NCBI GenBank assembly: GCA_964016885.1 | Contig: OZ024744.1 | Coordinates: 133,796,001-133,860,000 of the forward strand | Origin: Eledone cirrhosa | Taxonomy: Eukaryota | Direction of reading: 5' to 3' | Length of the DNA stretch: 64,000 nt | Shown: piece by piece, positions 24,781-37,831 of the stretch | How the letters are laid out: every line of letters starts with the position of its first letter | Numbering within the stretch: the first letter of the stretch is position 1 | Notes under the pieces: model-generated | The model's input: the letters and a program-made list of their open reading frames with translations, nothing else | Database searches by the model: none | What the model was told of the DNA's origin: nothing | Program-made: the position numbers and the translations under genes

Positions 24781-27700
24781 TTAATTTAAGTCGGGGTTAA
24801 GTTAAGTTAGGGTTCAGTTAAGTTGGGGTTAAGTTAAGTTGGGGTTGAGTTAAGTTGGGGTTGAGTTAAATTGGCGTTGAGTTAAGTTGCGGTTGAGTTA
24901 AGTTGGGGTTAAGTTAAGTTGCAGTTAAGTTAAGTTGAGGTTAAGTTAAGGTGGGGTTAAGTTAAGTCGGGGTTAAGTTAAGTTGTGGTTGAGTTAAGTT
25001 GGGGTTAATTTAAGTTGGGGCTAAGTTAATTTGTGGTTAAGTTAAGTTGGGGTTAAGTTAAGTTGGGGTTAAGTTAAGTTGGGGTTGAGTTAAGTTGGGG
25101 TTGAGTTAATTTGGGGTTAAGTTAAGTTGGGGTTAAGTTAAGTTGGGTTTAAGTTAAGTTGGGGTTAAATTAAGTTGGGGTTAAATTAAGGTGGGGTTAA
25201 GTTAAGTTGGGGGTAAGTTAAGTTGGGGGCAAGTTAAGTTGGGGTTAATTTAAGTTGGGGTTAAATTAAGTTGGGGTTACGTTAAGTTGGTGTTAAGTTA
25301 AGTTGGGGTTAATTTAAGTTGGGGTTAATTAAGTTGGGGTTAAGTTAAGTTGGGGTTAAGTTAAGTTGGGGTTAATTTAAGTTGGGGTTAAGTTAAGTTG
25401 GAGTTCAGTTAAGTTGGGGATAAGTTAAGTTGGGGTTAAGTTAAGTTGGGGTTAAGTTAAGTTGGGGTTAAGTTAAGTTGGTGTTAAGTTAAGTTGGGGC
25501 TAAGTTAAGTTGGGGCTGAGTTAAGTTGGGGCTGAGTTAAGTTGGGGTTAAGTTAAGTTGGGGTTGAGTTAAGTTGGGGTTAAGTTAAGTTGGGGTCAAG
25601 TTAAGTTGGGGTTAAGTTGGGGTTAAGTTAAGTTAGGTTTAAGTTAAGTTGGGGTTAAGTTAAGTTGGGGTTAAGTTAAGTTGGGGTTAAGTTAAGTTGG
25701 GGTTAAGTTAAGTTGGGGTTAAGTTAATTTGTGGTTAAGTTAAGTTGGGGTTAAGTTAAGTTGGGGTTAAATTAAGTTGGGGTTAAGTTAAGTTGGGGTT
25801 AAGTTAAGTTGGGGTTAAGTTAAGTTGGGGATAAGTTAAGTTGGGGATAATTTAAGTTGGGGTTAAGTTAAGTTGGGTTTAAGTTAAGTTGGGGTTAAGT
25901 TAAGTTGGGGATAAGTTAAGTTGGGGTTAAGTTAAGTTGGGGTTAAGTTAAGTTGAGGCTAAGTTAAGTTGGGGCTGAGTTAAGTTGGGGTTAAGTTAAG
26001 TTGGGGTTAAGTTAAGTTGGGGTTAATTTAAGTTGGGGTTTATTTAAGTTGGGGTTACGTTAAGTTGGTGTTAAGTTAAGTTGGGGTTAATTTAAGTTGG
26101 GGTTAATTAAGTTGGGGTTAAGTTAAGTTGGGGTTAAGTTAAGATGGGGTTAATTTAAGTTGGGATTGAGTTAAGTTGGGGTTAAGTTAAGTTGGGGTTA
26201 AGTTAAGTTGGTGTTAAGTTAAGTTGTGGCTAAGTTAAGTTGGGGCTGAGTTAAGTTGGGGCTGAGTTAAGTTGGGGTTAAGTTAAGTTGGGGTTGAGTT
26301 AAGTTGGGGTTAAGTTAAGTTGGGGTCAAGTTAAGTCGGGGTTAAGTTGGGGTTAAGTTAAGTTAGGGTTAAGTTAAGTTGGGGTTAAGTTAAGTTGGGG
26401 TTAAGTTAAGTTGGGGTTAAGTTAAGTTGGGGTTAAGTTAATTTGTGGTTAAGTTAAGTTGGGGTTAAGTTAAGTTGGGGTTAAGTTAAGTTGGGGTTAA
26501 GTTAAGTCGGGGTTAAGTTAAGTTGGGGTTAAGTTAAGTTGGGGTTAATTTAAGTTGGGGTTAAGTTAAGTTGGGGTTAAGTTAAGTTGGGGTTAAGTTA
26601 AGATGGGGTTAAGTTAAGTTGGGGTTAAGTTAAGTTGAGGTTAAGTTAAGTTGGGGTTAAATTAAGTTGGGGTTAAGTTAAGTTGGGGTTAAGTTAAGTT
26701 GGGGTTAAGTTAAGTTGAGGATAAGTTAAGTTGGGGATAATTTAAGTTGGGGTTAAGTTAAGTTGGGTTTAAGTTAAGTTGGGGTTAAGTTAAGTTGGGG
26801 TTAAGTTAAGTTGGGGTTAAGTTAAGTTGGGGTTAAGTTAAGTTGGGGTTAAGTTAAGTTGGGGCTAAGTTAAGTTGGGGCTGAGTTAAGTTGGGGTTAA
26901 GTTAAGTTGGGGTTAAGTTAAGTTGGGGTTAAGTTAAGTTGGGGTTAAGTTAAGTCGGGGTTAAGTTAAGTAGGGGTTAAGTTAAGTTAGGGTTCAGTTA
27001 AGTTGGGGTTAAGTTAAGTTGGGGTTGAGTTAAGTTGGGGTTGAGTTAAATTGGGGTTGAGTTAAGTTGGGGTTGAGTTAAGTTGGTTTTGAGTTAAGTT
27101 GGGGTTAAGTTAAGTTGGGGTTAAGTTAAGTTGCAGTTAAGTTAAGTTGAGGTTAAGTTAAGGTGCGGTTAAGTTAAGTTGGGGTTAAGTTAAGTTGGGG
27201 CTAAGTTAAGTTGGGGCTAAGTTAAGTTGGGGCTAAGTTAAGTTGGGGTTAAGTTAAGTCGGGGTTAAGTTAAGTTGGGGTTAAGTTAAGTTGAGGTTAA
27301 TTTAATTTGGGGTTAAGTTAAGTTGGGGTTAAGTTAAGTTGGGGCTAAGTTAAGTTGGGGTTAAGTTAAGTTGGGGTCAAGTTAAGTTGGGGTTAAGTTA
27401 AGTTGGTTAGTTAAGTTGAGTTTAAGTTAAGTTGGGGTTAATTTAAGTTGGGGTTAAGTTAAGTTGGGGTTAAGTTAAGTTGGGGTTAAGTTAAGTTGGG
27501 GTTAAGTTAAGTTGGGGTTAAGTTAAGTCGGGGTTAATTTAAGTCGGGGTTAAGTTAAGTTAGGGTTCAGTTAAGTTGGGGTTAAGTTAAGTTGGGGTTG
27601 AGTTAAGTTGGGGTTGAGTTAAATTGGCGTTGAGTTAAGTTGCGGTTGAGTTAAGTTGGTGTTGAGTTAAGTTGGGGTTAAGTTAAGTTGGGGTTAAGTT

Positions 27701-30700
27701 AAGTTGCAGTTAAGTTAAGTTGAGGTTAAGTTAAGGTGGGGTTAAGTTAAGTCGGGGTTAAGTTAAGTTGTGGTTGAGTTAAGTTGGGGTTAATTTAAGT
27801 TGGGGCTAAGTTAATTTGTGGTTAAGTTAAGTTGGGGTTAAGTTAAGTTGGGGTTAAGTTAAGTTGGGGTTGAGTTAAGTTGGGGTTGAGTTAATTTGGG
27901 GTTAAGTTAAGTTGGGGTTAAGTTAAGTTGGGTTTAAGTTAAGTTGGGGTTAAATTAAGTTGGGGTTAAATTAAGGTGGGGTTAAGTTAAGTTGGGGGTA
28001 AGTTAAGTTGGGGGCAAGTTAAGTTGGGGTTAATTTAAGTTGGGGTTAAATTAAGTTGGGGTTACGTTAAGTTGGTGTTAAGTTAAGTTGGGGTTAATTT
28101 AAGTTGGGGTTAATTAAGTTGGGGTTAAGTTAAGTTGGGGTTAAGTTAAGTTGGGGTTAATTTAAGTTGGGGTTGAGTTAAGTTGGAGTTCAGTTAAGTT
28201 GGGGATAAGTTAAGTTGGGGTTAAGTTAAGTTGGGGTTAAGTTAAGTTGGGGTTAAGTTAAGTTGGTGTTAAGTTAAGTTGGGGCTAAGTTAAGTTGGGG
28301 CTGAGTTAAGTTGGGGTTAAGTTAAGTTGGGGTTGAGTTAAGTTGGGGTTAAGTTAAGTTGGGGTCAAGTTAAGTTGGGGTTAAGTTGGGGTTAATTTAA
28401 GTTAGGTTTAAGTTAAGTTGGGGTTAAGTTAAGTTGGGGTTAAGTTAAGTTGGGGTTAAGTTAAGTTGGGGTTAAGTTAAGTTGGGGTTAAGTTAATTTG
28501 TGGTTAAGTTAAGTTGGGGTTAAGTTAAGTTGGGGTTAAGTTAAGTTGGGGTTAAGTTAAGTCGGGGTTAAATTAAGTTGGGGTTAAGTTAAGTTGGGGT
28601 TAATTTAAGTTGGGGTTAAGTTAAGTTGGGGTTAAGTTAAGTTGGGGTTAAGTTAAGATGGGGTTAAGTTAAGTTGGGGTTAAGTTAAGTTGAGGTTAAG
28701 TTAAGTTGGGGTTAAATTAAGTTGGGGTTAAGTTAAGTTGGGGTTAAGTTAAGTTGGGGTTAAGTTAAGTTGGGGATAAGTTAAGTTCGGGATAATTTAA
28801 GTTGGGGTTAAGTTAAGTTGGGTTTAAGTTAAGTTGGGGTTAAGTTAAGTTGGGGTTAAGTTAAGTTGGGGTTAAGTTAAGTTGGGGTTAAGTTAAGTTG
28901 GGGTTAAGTTAAGTTGGGGCTAAGTTAAGTTGGGGCTGAGTTAAGTTGGGGTTAAGTTAAGTTGGGGTTAAGTTAAGTTGGGGTTAAGTTAAGTTGGGGT
29001 TTATTTAAGTTGGGGTTAAATTAAGTTGGGGTTCAGTTAAGTTGGGGTTAAGATAAGTTGGGGTTAAGATGGGGTTAAATTAAGTTGGGGTTAAGTTAAG
29101 TTGGGGTTAAGTTAAGTTGGGGTTAAGTTAAGTCGGGGTTAAGTTAAGTCGGGGTTAAGTTAAGTTAGGGTTCAGTTAAGTTGGGGTTAAGTTAAGTTGG
29201 GGTTGAGTTAAGTTGGGGTTGAGTTAAATTGGGGTTGAGTTAAGTTGGGGTTGAGTTAAGTTGGTTTTGAGTTAAGTTGGGGTTAAGTTAAGTTGGGGTT
29301 AAGTTAAGTTGCAGTTAAGTTAAGTTGAGGTTAAGTTAAGGTGCGGTTAAGTTAAGTTGGGGTTAAGTTAAGTTGGGGCTAAGTTAAGTTGGGGCTAAGT
29401 TAAGTTGGGGCTAAGTTAAGTTGGGGTTAAGTTAAGTTGAGGTTAATTTAATTTGGGGTTAAGTTGGGGTTAAGTTAAGTTGGGGTTAAGTTAAGTTGGG
29501 GTTAAGTTAAGTTGGGTTTAAGTTAAGTTGGGGTTAAGTTAAGTTGGGGTCAAGTTAAGTTGGAGTTAAGTTAAGTTGGTTAGTTAAGTTGAGTTTAAGT
29601 TAAGTTGGGGTTAATTTAAGTTGGGGTTAAGTTAAGTTGGGGTTAAGTTAAGTTGGGGTTAAGTTAAGTTGGGGTTAAGTTAAGTTGGGGTTAAGTTAAG
29701 TTGGGGTTAAGTTAATTTGTGGTTAAGTTAAGTTGGGGTTAAGTTAAGTTGGGGTTAAGTTAAGTTGGGGTTAAGTTAAGTCGGGGTTAAGTTAAGTTGG
29801 GGTTAAGCTAAGTTGGGGTTAATTTAAGTTGGGGTTAAGTTAAGTTGGGGCTAAGTTAAGTTGAGGTTAAGTTAAGTTGGGGTTAAATTAAGTTGGGGTT
29901 AAGTTAAGTTGGGGTTAAGTTAAGTTGGGGTTAAGTTAAGTTGAGGTTAAGTTAAGTTGGGGTTAAATTAAGTTGGGGTTAAGTTAAGTTGGGGTTAAGT
30001 TAAGTTGGGTTTAATTTAAGTTGGGGTTAAGTTAAGTTGGGGATAAGTTAAGTTGGGGTTAAGTTAAGTTGGGGTTAAGTTAAGTTGGGGTTAATTTAAG
30101 TCGGGGTTAAGTTAAGTTAGGGTTCAGTTAAGTTGGGGTTAAGTTAAGTTGGGGTTGAGTTAAGTTGGGGTTGAGTTAAATTGGCGTTGAGTTAAGTTGC
30201 GGTTGAGTTAAGTTGGGGTTAAGTTAAGTTGCAGTTAAGTTAAGTTGAGGTTAAGTTAAGGTGGGGTTAAGTTAAGTCGGGGTTAAGTTAAGTTGTGGTT
30301 GAGTTAAGTTGGGGTTAATTTAAGTTGGGGCTAAGTTAATTTGTGGTTAAGTTAAGTTGGGGTTAAGTTAAGTTGGGGTTAAGTTAAGTTGGGGTTGAGT
30401 TAAGTTGGGGTTGAGTTAATTTGGGGTTAAGTTAAGTTGGGGTTAAGTTAAGTTGGGTTTAAGTTAAGTTGGGGTTAAATTAAGTTGGGGTTAAATTAAG
30501 GTGGGGTTAAGTTAAGTTGGGGGTAAGTTAAGTTGGGGGCAAGTTAAGTTGGGGTTAATTTAAGTTGGGGTTAAATTAAGTTGGGGTTACGTTAAGTTGG
30601 TGTTAAGTTAAGTTGGGGTTAATTTAAGTTGGGGTTAATTAAGTTGGGGTTAAGTTAAGTTGGGGTTAAGTTAAGTTGGGGTTAATTTAAGTTGGGGTTA

Positions 30701-33700
30701 AGTTAAGTTGGAGTTCAGTTAAGTTGGGGATAAGTTAAGTTGGGGTTAAGTTAAGTTGGGGTTAAGTTAAGTTGGGGTTAAGTTAAGTTGGTGTTAAGTT
30801 AAGTTGGGGCTAAGTTAAGTTGGGGCTGAGTTAAGTTGGGGCTGAGTTAAGTTGGGGTTAAGTTAAGTTGGGGTTGAGTTAAGTTGGGGTTAAGTTAAGT
30901 TGGGGTCAAGTTAAGTTGGGGTTAAGTTGGGGTTAAATTAAGTTAGGTTTAAGTTAAGTTGGGGTTAAGTTAAGTTGGGGTTAAGTTAAGTTGGGGTTAA
31001 GTTAAGTTGGGGTTAAGTTAAGTTGGGGTTAAGTTAATTTGTGGTTAAGTTAAGTTGGGGTTAAGTTAAGTTGGGGTTAAATTAAGTTGGGGTTAAGTTA
31101 AGTTGGGGTTAAGTTAAGTTGGGGTTAAGTTAAGTTGGGGATAAGTTAAGTTGGGGATAATTTAAGTTGGGGTTAAGTTAAGTTGGGTTTAAGTTAAGTT
31201 GGGGTTAAGTTAAGTTGGGGATAAGTTAAGTTGGGGTTAAGTTAAGTTGGGGTTAAGTTAAGTTGAGGCTAAGTTAAGTTGGGGCTGAGTTAAGTTGGGG
31301 TTAAGTTAAGTTGGGGTTAAGTTAAGTTGGGGTTAATTTAAGTTGGGGTTTATTTAAGTTGGGGTTACGTTAAGTTGGTGTTAAGTTAAGTTGGGGTTAA
31401 TTTAAGTTGGGGTTAATTAAGTTGGGGTTAAGTTAAGTTGGGGTTAAGTTAAGATGGGGTTAATTTAAGTTGGGATTGAGTTAAGTTGGGGTTAAGTTAA
31501 GTTGGGGTTAAGTTAAGTTGGTGTTAAGTTAAGTTGTGGCTAAGTTAAGTTGGGGCTGAGTTAAGTTGGGGCTGAGTTAAGTTGGGGTTAAGTTAAGTTG
31601 GGGTTGAGTTAAGTTGGGGTTAAGTTAAGTTGGGGTCAAGTTAAGTCGGGGTTAAGTTGGGGTTAAGTTAAGTTAGGGTTAAGTTAAGTTGGGGTTAAGT
31701 TAAGTTGGGGTTAAGTTAAGTTGGGGTTAAGTTAAGTTGGGGTTAAGTTAATTTGTGGTTAAGTTAAGTTGGGGTTAAGTTAAGTTGGGGTTAAGTTAAG
31801 TTGGGGTTAAGTTAAGTCGGGGTTAAGTTAAGTTGGGGTTAAGTTAAGTTGGGGTTAATTTAAGTTGGGGTTAAGTTAAGTTGGGGTTAAGTTAAGTTGG
31901 GGTTAAGTTAAGATGGGGTTAAGTTAAGTTGGGGTTAAGTTAAGTTGAGGTTAAGTTAAGTTGGGGTTAAATTAAGTTGGGGTTAAGTTAAGTTGGGGTT
32001 AAGTTAAGTTGGGGTTAAGTTAAGTTGAGGATAAGTTAAGTTGCGGATAATTTAAGTTGGGGTTAAGTTAAGTTGGGTTTAAGTTAAGTTGGGGTTAAGT
32101 TAAGTTGGGGTTAAGTTAAGTTGGGGTTAAGTTAAGTTGGGGTTAAGTTAAGTTGGGGTTAAGTTAAGTTGGGGCTAAGTTAAGTTGGGGCTGAGTTAAG
32201 TTGGGGTTAAGTTAAGTTGGGGTTAAGTTAAGTTGGGGTTAAGTTAAGTTGGGGTTAAGTTAAGTCGGGGTTAAGTTAAGTTAGGGTTCAGTTAAGTTGG
32301 GGTTAAGTTAAGTTGGGGTTGAGTTAAGTTGGGGTTGAGTTAAATTGGGGTTGAGTTAAGTTGGGGTTGAGTTAAGTTGGTTTTGAGTTAAGTTGGGGTT
32401 AAGTTAAGTTGGGGTTAAGTTAAGTTGCAGTTAAGTTAAGTTGAGGTTAAGTTAAGGTGCGGTTAAGTTAAGTTGGGGTTAAGTTAAGTTGGGGCTAAGT
32501 TAAGTTGGGGCTAAGTTAAGTTGGGGCTAAGTTAAGTTGGGGTTAAGTTAAGTCGGGGTTAAGTTAAGTTGGGGTTAAGTTAAGTTGAGGTTAATTTAAT
32601 TTGGGGTTAAGTTAAGTTGGGGTTAAGTTAAGTTGGGGCTAAGTTAAGTTGGGGTTAAGTTAAGTTGGGTTTAAGTTAAGTTGGGGTTAAGTTAAGTTGG
32701 GTTCAAGTTAAGTTGGGGTTAAGTTAAGTTGGTTAGTTAAGTTGAGTTTAAGTTAAGTTGGGGTTAATTTAAGTTGGGGTTAAGTTAAGTTGGGGTTAAG
32801 TTAAGTTGGGGTTAAGTTAAGTTGGGGTTAAGTTAAGTTGGGGTTAAGTTAAGTCGGGGTTAATTTAAGTCGGGGTTAAGTTAAGTTAGGGTTCAGTTAA
32901 GTTGGGGTTAAGTTAAGTTGGGGTTGAGTTAAGTTGGGGTTGAGTTAAATTGGCGTTGAGTTAAGTTGCGGTTGAGTTAAGTTGGTGTTGAGTTAAGTTG
33001 GGGTTAAGTTAAGTTGGGGTTAAGTTAAGTTGCAGTTAAGTTAAGTTGAGGTTAAGTTAAGGTGGGGTTAAGTTAAGTCGGGGTTAAGTTAAGTTGTGGT
33101 TGAGTTAAGTTGGGGTTAATTTAAGTTGGGGCTAAGTTAATTTGTGGTTAAGTTAAGTTGGGGTTAAGTTAAGTTGGGGTTAAGTTAAGTTGGGGTTGAG
33201 TTAAGTTGGGGTTGAGTTAATTTGGGGTTAAGTTAAGTTGGGGTTAAGTTAAGTTGGGTTTAAGTTAAGTTGGGGTTAAATTAAGTTGGGGTTAAATTAA
33301 GGTGGGGTTAAGTTAAGTTGGGGGTAAGTTAAGTTGGGGGCAAGTTAAGTTGGGGTTAATTTAAGTTGGGGTTAAATTAAGTTGGGGTTACGTTAAGTTG
33401 GTGTTAAGTTAAGTTGGGGTTAATTTAAGTTGGGGTTAATTAAGTTGGGGTTAAGTTAAGTTGGGGTTAAGTTAAGTTGGGGTTAATTTAAGTTGGGGTT
33501 GAGTTAAGTTGGAGTTCAGTTAAGTTGGGGATAAGTTAAGTTGGGGTTAAGTTAAGTTGGGGTTAAGTTAAGTTGGGGTTAAGTTAAGTTGGTGTTAAGT
33601 TAAGTTGGGGCTAAGTTAAGTTGGGGCTGAGTTAAGTTGGGGCTGAGTTAAGTTGGGGTTAAGTTAAGTTGGGGTTGAGTTAAGTTGGGGTTAAGTTAAG

Positions 33701-35920
33701 TTGGGGTCAAGTTAAGTTGGGGTTAAGTTGGGGTTAATTTAAGTTAGGTTTAAGTTAAGTTGGGGTTAAGTTAAGTTGGGGTTAAGTTAAGTTGGGGTTA
33801 AGTTAAGTTGGGGTTAAGTTAAGTTGGGGTTAAGTTAATTTGTGGTTAAGTTAAGTTGGGGTTAAGTTAAGTTGGGGTTAAGTTAAGTTGGGGTTAAGTT
33901 AAGTCGGGGTTAAATTAAGTTGGGGTTAAGTTAAGTTGGGGTTAATTTAAGTTGGGGTTAAGTTAAGTTGGGGTTAAGTTAAGTTGGGGTTAAGTTAAGA
34001 TGGGGTTAAGTTAAGTTGGGGTTAAGTTAAGTTGAGGTTAAGTTAAGTTGGGGTTAAATTAAGTTGGGGTTAAGTTAAGGTGGGGTTAAGTTAAGTCGGG
34101 GTTAAGTTAAGTTGTGGTTGAGTTAAGTTGGGGTTAATTTAAGTTGGGGCTAAGTTAATTTGTGGTTAAGTTAAGTTGGGGTTAAGTTAAGTTGGGGTTA
34201 AGTTAAGTTGGGGTTGAGTTAAGTTGGGGTTGAGTTAATTTGGGGTTAAGTTAAGTTGGGGTTAAGTTAAGTTGGGTTTAAGTTAAGTTGGGGTTAAATT
34301 AAGTTGGGGTTAAATTAAGGTGGGGTTAAGTTAAGTTGGGGGTAAGTTAAGTTGGGGGCAAGTTAAGTTGGGGTTAATTTAAGTTGGGGTTAAATTAAGT
34401 TGGGGTTACGTTAAGTTGGTGTTAAGTTAAGTTGGGGTTAATTTAAGTTGGGGTTAATTAAGTTGGGGTTAAGTTAAGTTGGGGTTAAGTTAAGTTGGGG
34501 TTAATTTAAGTTGGGGTTAAGTTAAGTTGGAGTTCAGTTAAGTTGGGGATAAGTTAAGTTGGGGTTAAGTTAAGTTGAGGTTAAGTTAAGTTGGGGTTAA
34601 ATTAAGTTGGGGTTAAGTTAAGTTGGGGTTAAGTTAAGTTGGGGTTAAGTTAAGTTGGGGATAAGTTAAGTTGGGGATAATTTAAGTTGGGGTTAAGTTA
34701 AGTTGGGTTTAAGTTAAGTTGGGGTTAAGTTAAGTTGGGGTTAAGTTAAGTTGGGGTTAAGTTAAGTTGGGGTTAAGTTAAGTTGGGGTTAAGTTAAGTT
34801 GGGGCTAAGTTAAGTTGGGGCTGAGTTAAGTTGGGGTTAAGTTAAGTTGGGGTTAAGTTAAGTTGGGGTTAAGTTAAGTTGGGGTTTATTTAAGTTGGGG
34901 TTAAATTAAGTTGGGGTTCAGTTAAGTTGGGGTTAAGATAAGTTGGGGTTAAGATGGGGTTAAATTAAGTTGGGGTTAAGTTAAGTTGGGGTTAAGTTAA
35001 GTTGGGGTTAAGTTAAGTCGGGGTTAAGTTAAGTCGGGGTTAAGTTAAGTTAGGGTTCAGTTAAGTTGGGGTTAAGTTAAGTTGGGGTTGAGTTAAGTTG
35101 GGGTTGAGTTAAATTGGGGTTGAGTTAAGTTGGGGTTGAGTTAAGTTGGTTTTGAGTTAAGTTGGGGTTAAGTTAAGTTGGGGTTAAGTTAAGTTGCAGT
35201 TAAGTTAAGTTGAGGTTAAGTTAAGGTGCAGTTAAGTTAAGTTGGGGTTAAGTTAAGTTGGGGCTAAGTTAAGTTGGGGCTAAGTTAAGTTGGGGCTAAG
35301 TTAAGTTGGGGTTAAGTTAAGTTGAGGTTAATTTAATTTGGGGTTAAGTTGGGGTTAAGTTAAGTTGGGGTTAAGTTAAGTTGGGGTTAAGTTAAGTTGG
35401 GTTTAAGTTAAGTTGGGGTTAAGTTAAGTTGGGGTCAAGTTAAGTTGGAGTTAAGTTAAGTTGGTTAGTTAAGTTGAGTTTAAGTTAAGTTGGGGTTAAT
35501 TTAAGTTGGGGTTAAGTTAATTTGTGGTTAAGTTAAGTTGGGGTTAAGTTAAGTTGGGGTTAAGTTAAGTTGGGGTTAAGTTAAGTCGGGGTTAAGTTAA
35601 GTTGGGGTTAAGCTAAGTTGGGGTTAATTTAAGTTGGGGTTAAGTTAAGTTGGGGCTAAGTTAAGTTGAGGTTAAGTTAAGTTGGGGTTAAATTAAGTTG
35701 GGGTTAAGTTAAGTTGGGGTTAAGTTAAGTTGGGGTTAAGTTAAGTTGAGGTTAAGTTAAGTTGGGGTTAAATTAAGTTGGGGTTAAGTTAAGTTGGGGT
35801 TAAGTTAAGTTGGGTTTAATTTAAGTTGGGGTTAAGTTAAGTTGGGGATAAGTTAAGTTGGGGTTAAGTTAAGTTGGGGTTAAGTTAAGTTGGGGTTAAG
35901 TTAAGTTGGGGTTAATTTAA
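24781..35920 (+). repeat. Tandem duplication, period about 5.3 kb, with a net gain of about 0.5 kb in the second copy; boundaries approximate
   Basis: Markers: TCGGGG 24792/30102 and TGGCG 24875/30185 (+5,310); TTAAGCTAAG 29808/35613 (+5,805). An extra re-copied block lies at about 34080-34570. Confidence 0.75.
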
Positions 35921-35943
35921 GTTGGGGTTTATTTAAGTTGGGG

Positions 35944-36293
35944 TTAATTAAGTTGGGGTTAAGTTAAGTTGGGGTTAATTTAAGTTGGGGTTGAGTTAAG
36001 TTGGGGTTAAGTTAAGTTGGGGTTATATTAAGTTGGGGTTAAGTTAAGTTGGGGTTCAGTTAAGTTGGGTATGAGTTAAGTTGGGGTTAAGTTAAGTTGG
36101 GGTTAAGTTAAGTTGGGGTTAATTAAGTTGGGGTTAAGTTAAGTTGGGGTTAATTTAAGTTGGGGTTGAGTTAAGTTGGGGTTAAGTTAAGTTGGGGTTA
36201 TATTAAGTTGGGGTTAAGTTAAGTTGGGGTTCAGTTAAGTTGGGTATAAGTTAAGTTGGGGTTAAGTTAAGTTGGGGTTAAGTTAAGTTGGGG
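35944..36293 (+). repeat. Local 175-bp tandem duplication carrying the private GGGTAT variant
   Basis: TTAATTAAG at 35944/36119 and GGGTAT at 36067/36242. Confidence 0.75.
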
Positions 36294-37631
36294 TTAAGTT
36301 AAGTTGGTGTTAAGTTAAGTTGGGGCTAAGTTAAGTTGGGGCTGAGTTAAGTTGGGGCTGAGTTAAGTTGGGGTTAAGTTAAGTTGGGGTCAAGCTAAGT
36401 TGGGGTTAAGTTGGGGTTAAGTTAAGTTAGGTTTAAGTTAAGTTGGGGTTAAGTTAAGTTGGGGTTAAGTTAAGTTGGGGTTAAGTTAAGTTGGGGTTAA
36501 TTTAAGTTGGGGTTAAGTTAATTTCTGGTTAAGTTAAGTTGGGGTTAAGTTAAGTTGGGGTTAATTTAAGTTGGGGTTAAGTTAAGTTGGGGTCAAGTTA
36601 AGTTGGGGTTAAGTTGGGGTTAAGTTAAGTTAGGTTTAAGTTAAGTTGGGGTTAAGTTAAGTTGGGGTTAAGTTAAGTTGGGCTTAAGTTAAGTTGGGGT
36701 TAAGTTAAGTTGGGGTTAAGTTAATTTGTGGTTAAGTTAAGTTAGGGTTAAGTTAAGTTGGGGTTAAGTTGAGTTGGGGTTAAGTTAAGTCGGGGTTAAG
36801 TTAAGTTGGGGTTAAGTTAAGTTGGGGTTAATTTAAGTTGGGGTTGAATTAAGTTGGGGTTAAGTTAAGTTGGGGTTAAATTAAGTTGGGGTTAAGTTAA
36901 GTTGGGGTTAAGTCAAGTTGGGGTTAAGTTAAGTTGGGGATAAGTTAAGTTGGGGATAATTTAAGTTGGGGTTAAGTTAAGTTGGGTTTAAGTTAAGTTG
37001 GGGTTAAGTTAAGTTGGGGTTAAGTTAAGTTGGGGTTAAGTTAAGTTGGGGTTAAGTTAAGTTGGGGTTAAGTTAAGTTGGGGCTAAGTTAAGTTGGGGC
37101 TGAGTTAAGTTGGGGTTAAGTTAAGTTGGGCTTAATTTAAGTCGGGGTTAAGTTAAGTTAGGGTTCAGTTAAGTTGGGGTTGAGTTAAATTGGGGTTGAG
37201 TTAAGTTGGGGTTGAGTTAAGTTGGTGTTGAGTTAAGTTGGGGTTAAGTTAAGTTGGGGTTAACTTAAGGTGCGGTTAAGTTAAGTTGGGGTTAAGTTAA
37301 GTTGGGGCTAAGTTAAGTTGGGGCTAAGTTAAGTTGGGGCTAAGTTAAGTTGGGGTTAAGTTAAGTTGGGGTTAAGTTAAGTCGGGGTTAAGTTAAGTTG
37401 GGGTTAAGTTAAGTTGGGGTTAATTTAAGTTGGGGTTAAGTTAAGTCGGGGTTAAGTTAAGTTGGGGTTAAGTTAAGTTGGGGTTAAGTTAAGTTGGGTT
37501 TAAGTTAAGTTGGGGTTAAGTTAAGTTGGGGTTAAGTTAAGTTGGGGTTAAGTTAAGTTGGTTAGTTAAGTTGAGTTTAAGTTAAGTTGGGGTTAATTTA
37601 AGTTGGGGTTAAGTTATGTTGGGGTTAAGTT

Positions 37632-37685
37632 AAGTTGGGGTTAAGTTAAGTTGGGGTTAACCCCAACTTAACTTAACCCCAACTT
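37632..37685. repeat. Perfect 54-bp palindrome with no spacer, centred on GGGGTT|AACCCC
   Basis: The 27-nt arms are exact reverse complements (right arm AACCCCAACTTAACTTAACCCCAACTT). Imperfect pairing can extend over most of the cassette. Confidence 0.93.
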
Positions 37686-37831
37686 CACTCAACCCCAACG
37701 TAACTCAACCCCAACTTAACTTAACCCCAACTTCACTCAACCCCAACTTAACTTAACCCCAACTTCACTCAACCCCAACTTCCAACTTGACTTAACCCCA
37801 ACTTAACTTAGCCCCAACTTAACTTAAGCCC
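37659..37831 (-). repeat. Inverted cassette 1: about 10.5 monomers in reverse orientation (CCCCAACTTAACTTAA on +)
   Basis: The sequence switches at ...GGGGTT|AACCCCAACTTAACTTAACCCC... and returns to forward orientation at ...AACTTAAGCCC|TAAGTCGGGG. Confidence 0.97.

Noticed and set aside
37632-37685. Telomere-telomere fusion or hairpin-telomere (protelomerase) site
   Set aside because: The G-strand-to-C-strand geometry resembles an end fusion, but the orientation reverts after 173 bp and the structure is duplicated internally. There is no supporting gene or replicon context. It cannot be fully excluded as the remote origin.
37632-37700. Rho-independent terminator or structured ncRNA at the palindrome
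   Set aside because: There is no U-tract, no upstream gene and no evidence of transcription. The stem is simply a consequence of the inversion.
37657-37827. piggyBac-like or MITE insertion with a TTAA target-site duplication (the cassette is bounded by TTAA and followed internally by CCC)
   Set aside because: TTAA occurs twice in every monomer, so the match is expected by chance. The insert is just reversed satellite and has no terminal inverted repeats of its own.
37659-37831. Fold-back chimeric read artifact
   Set aside because: The cassette carries variants absent from the mirrored arm and occurs twice with slightly different flanks, which a read artifact would not readily produce.
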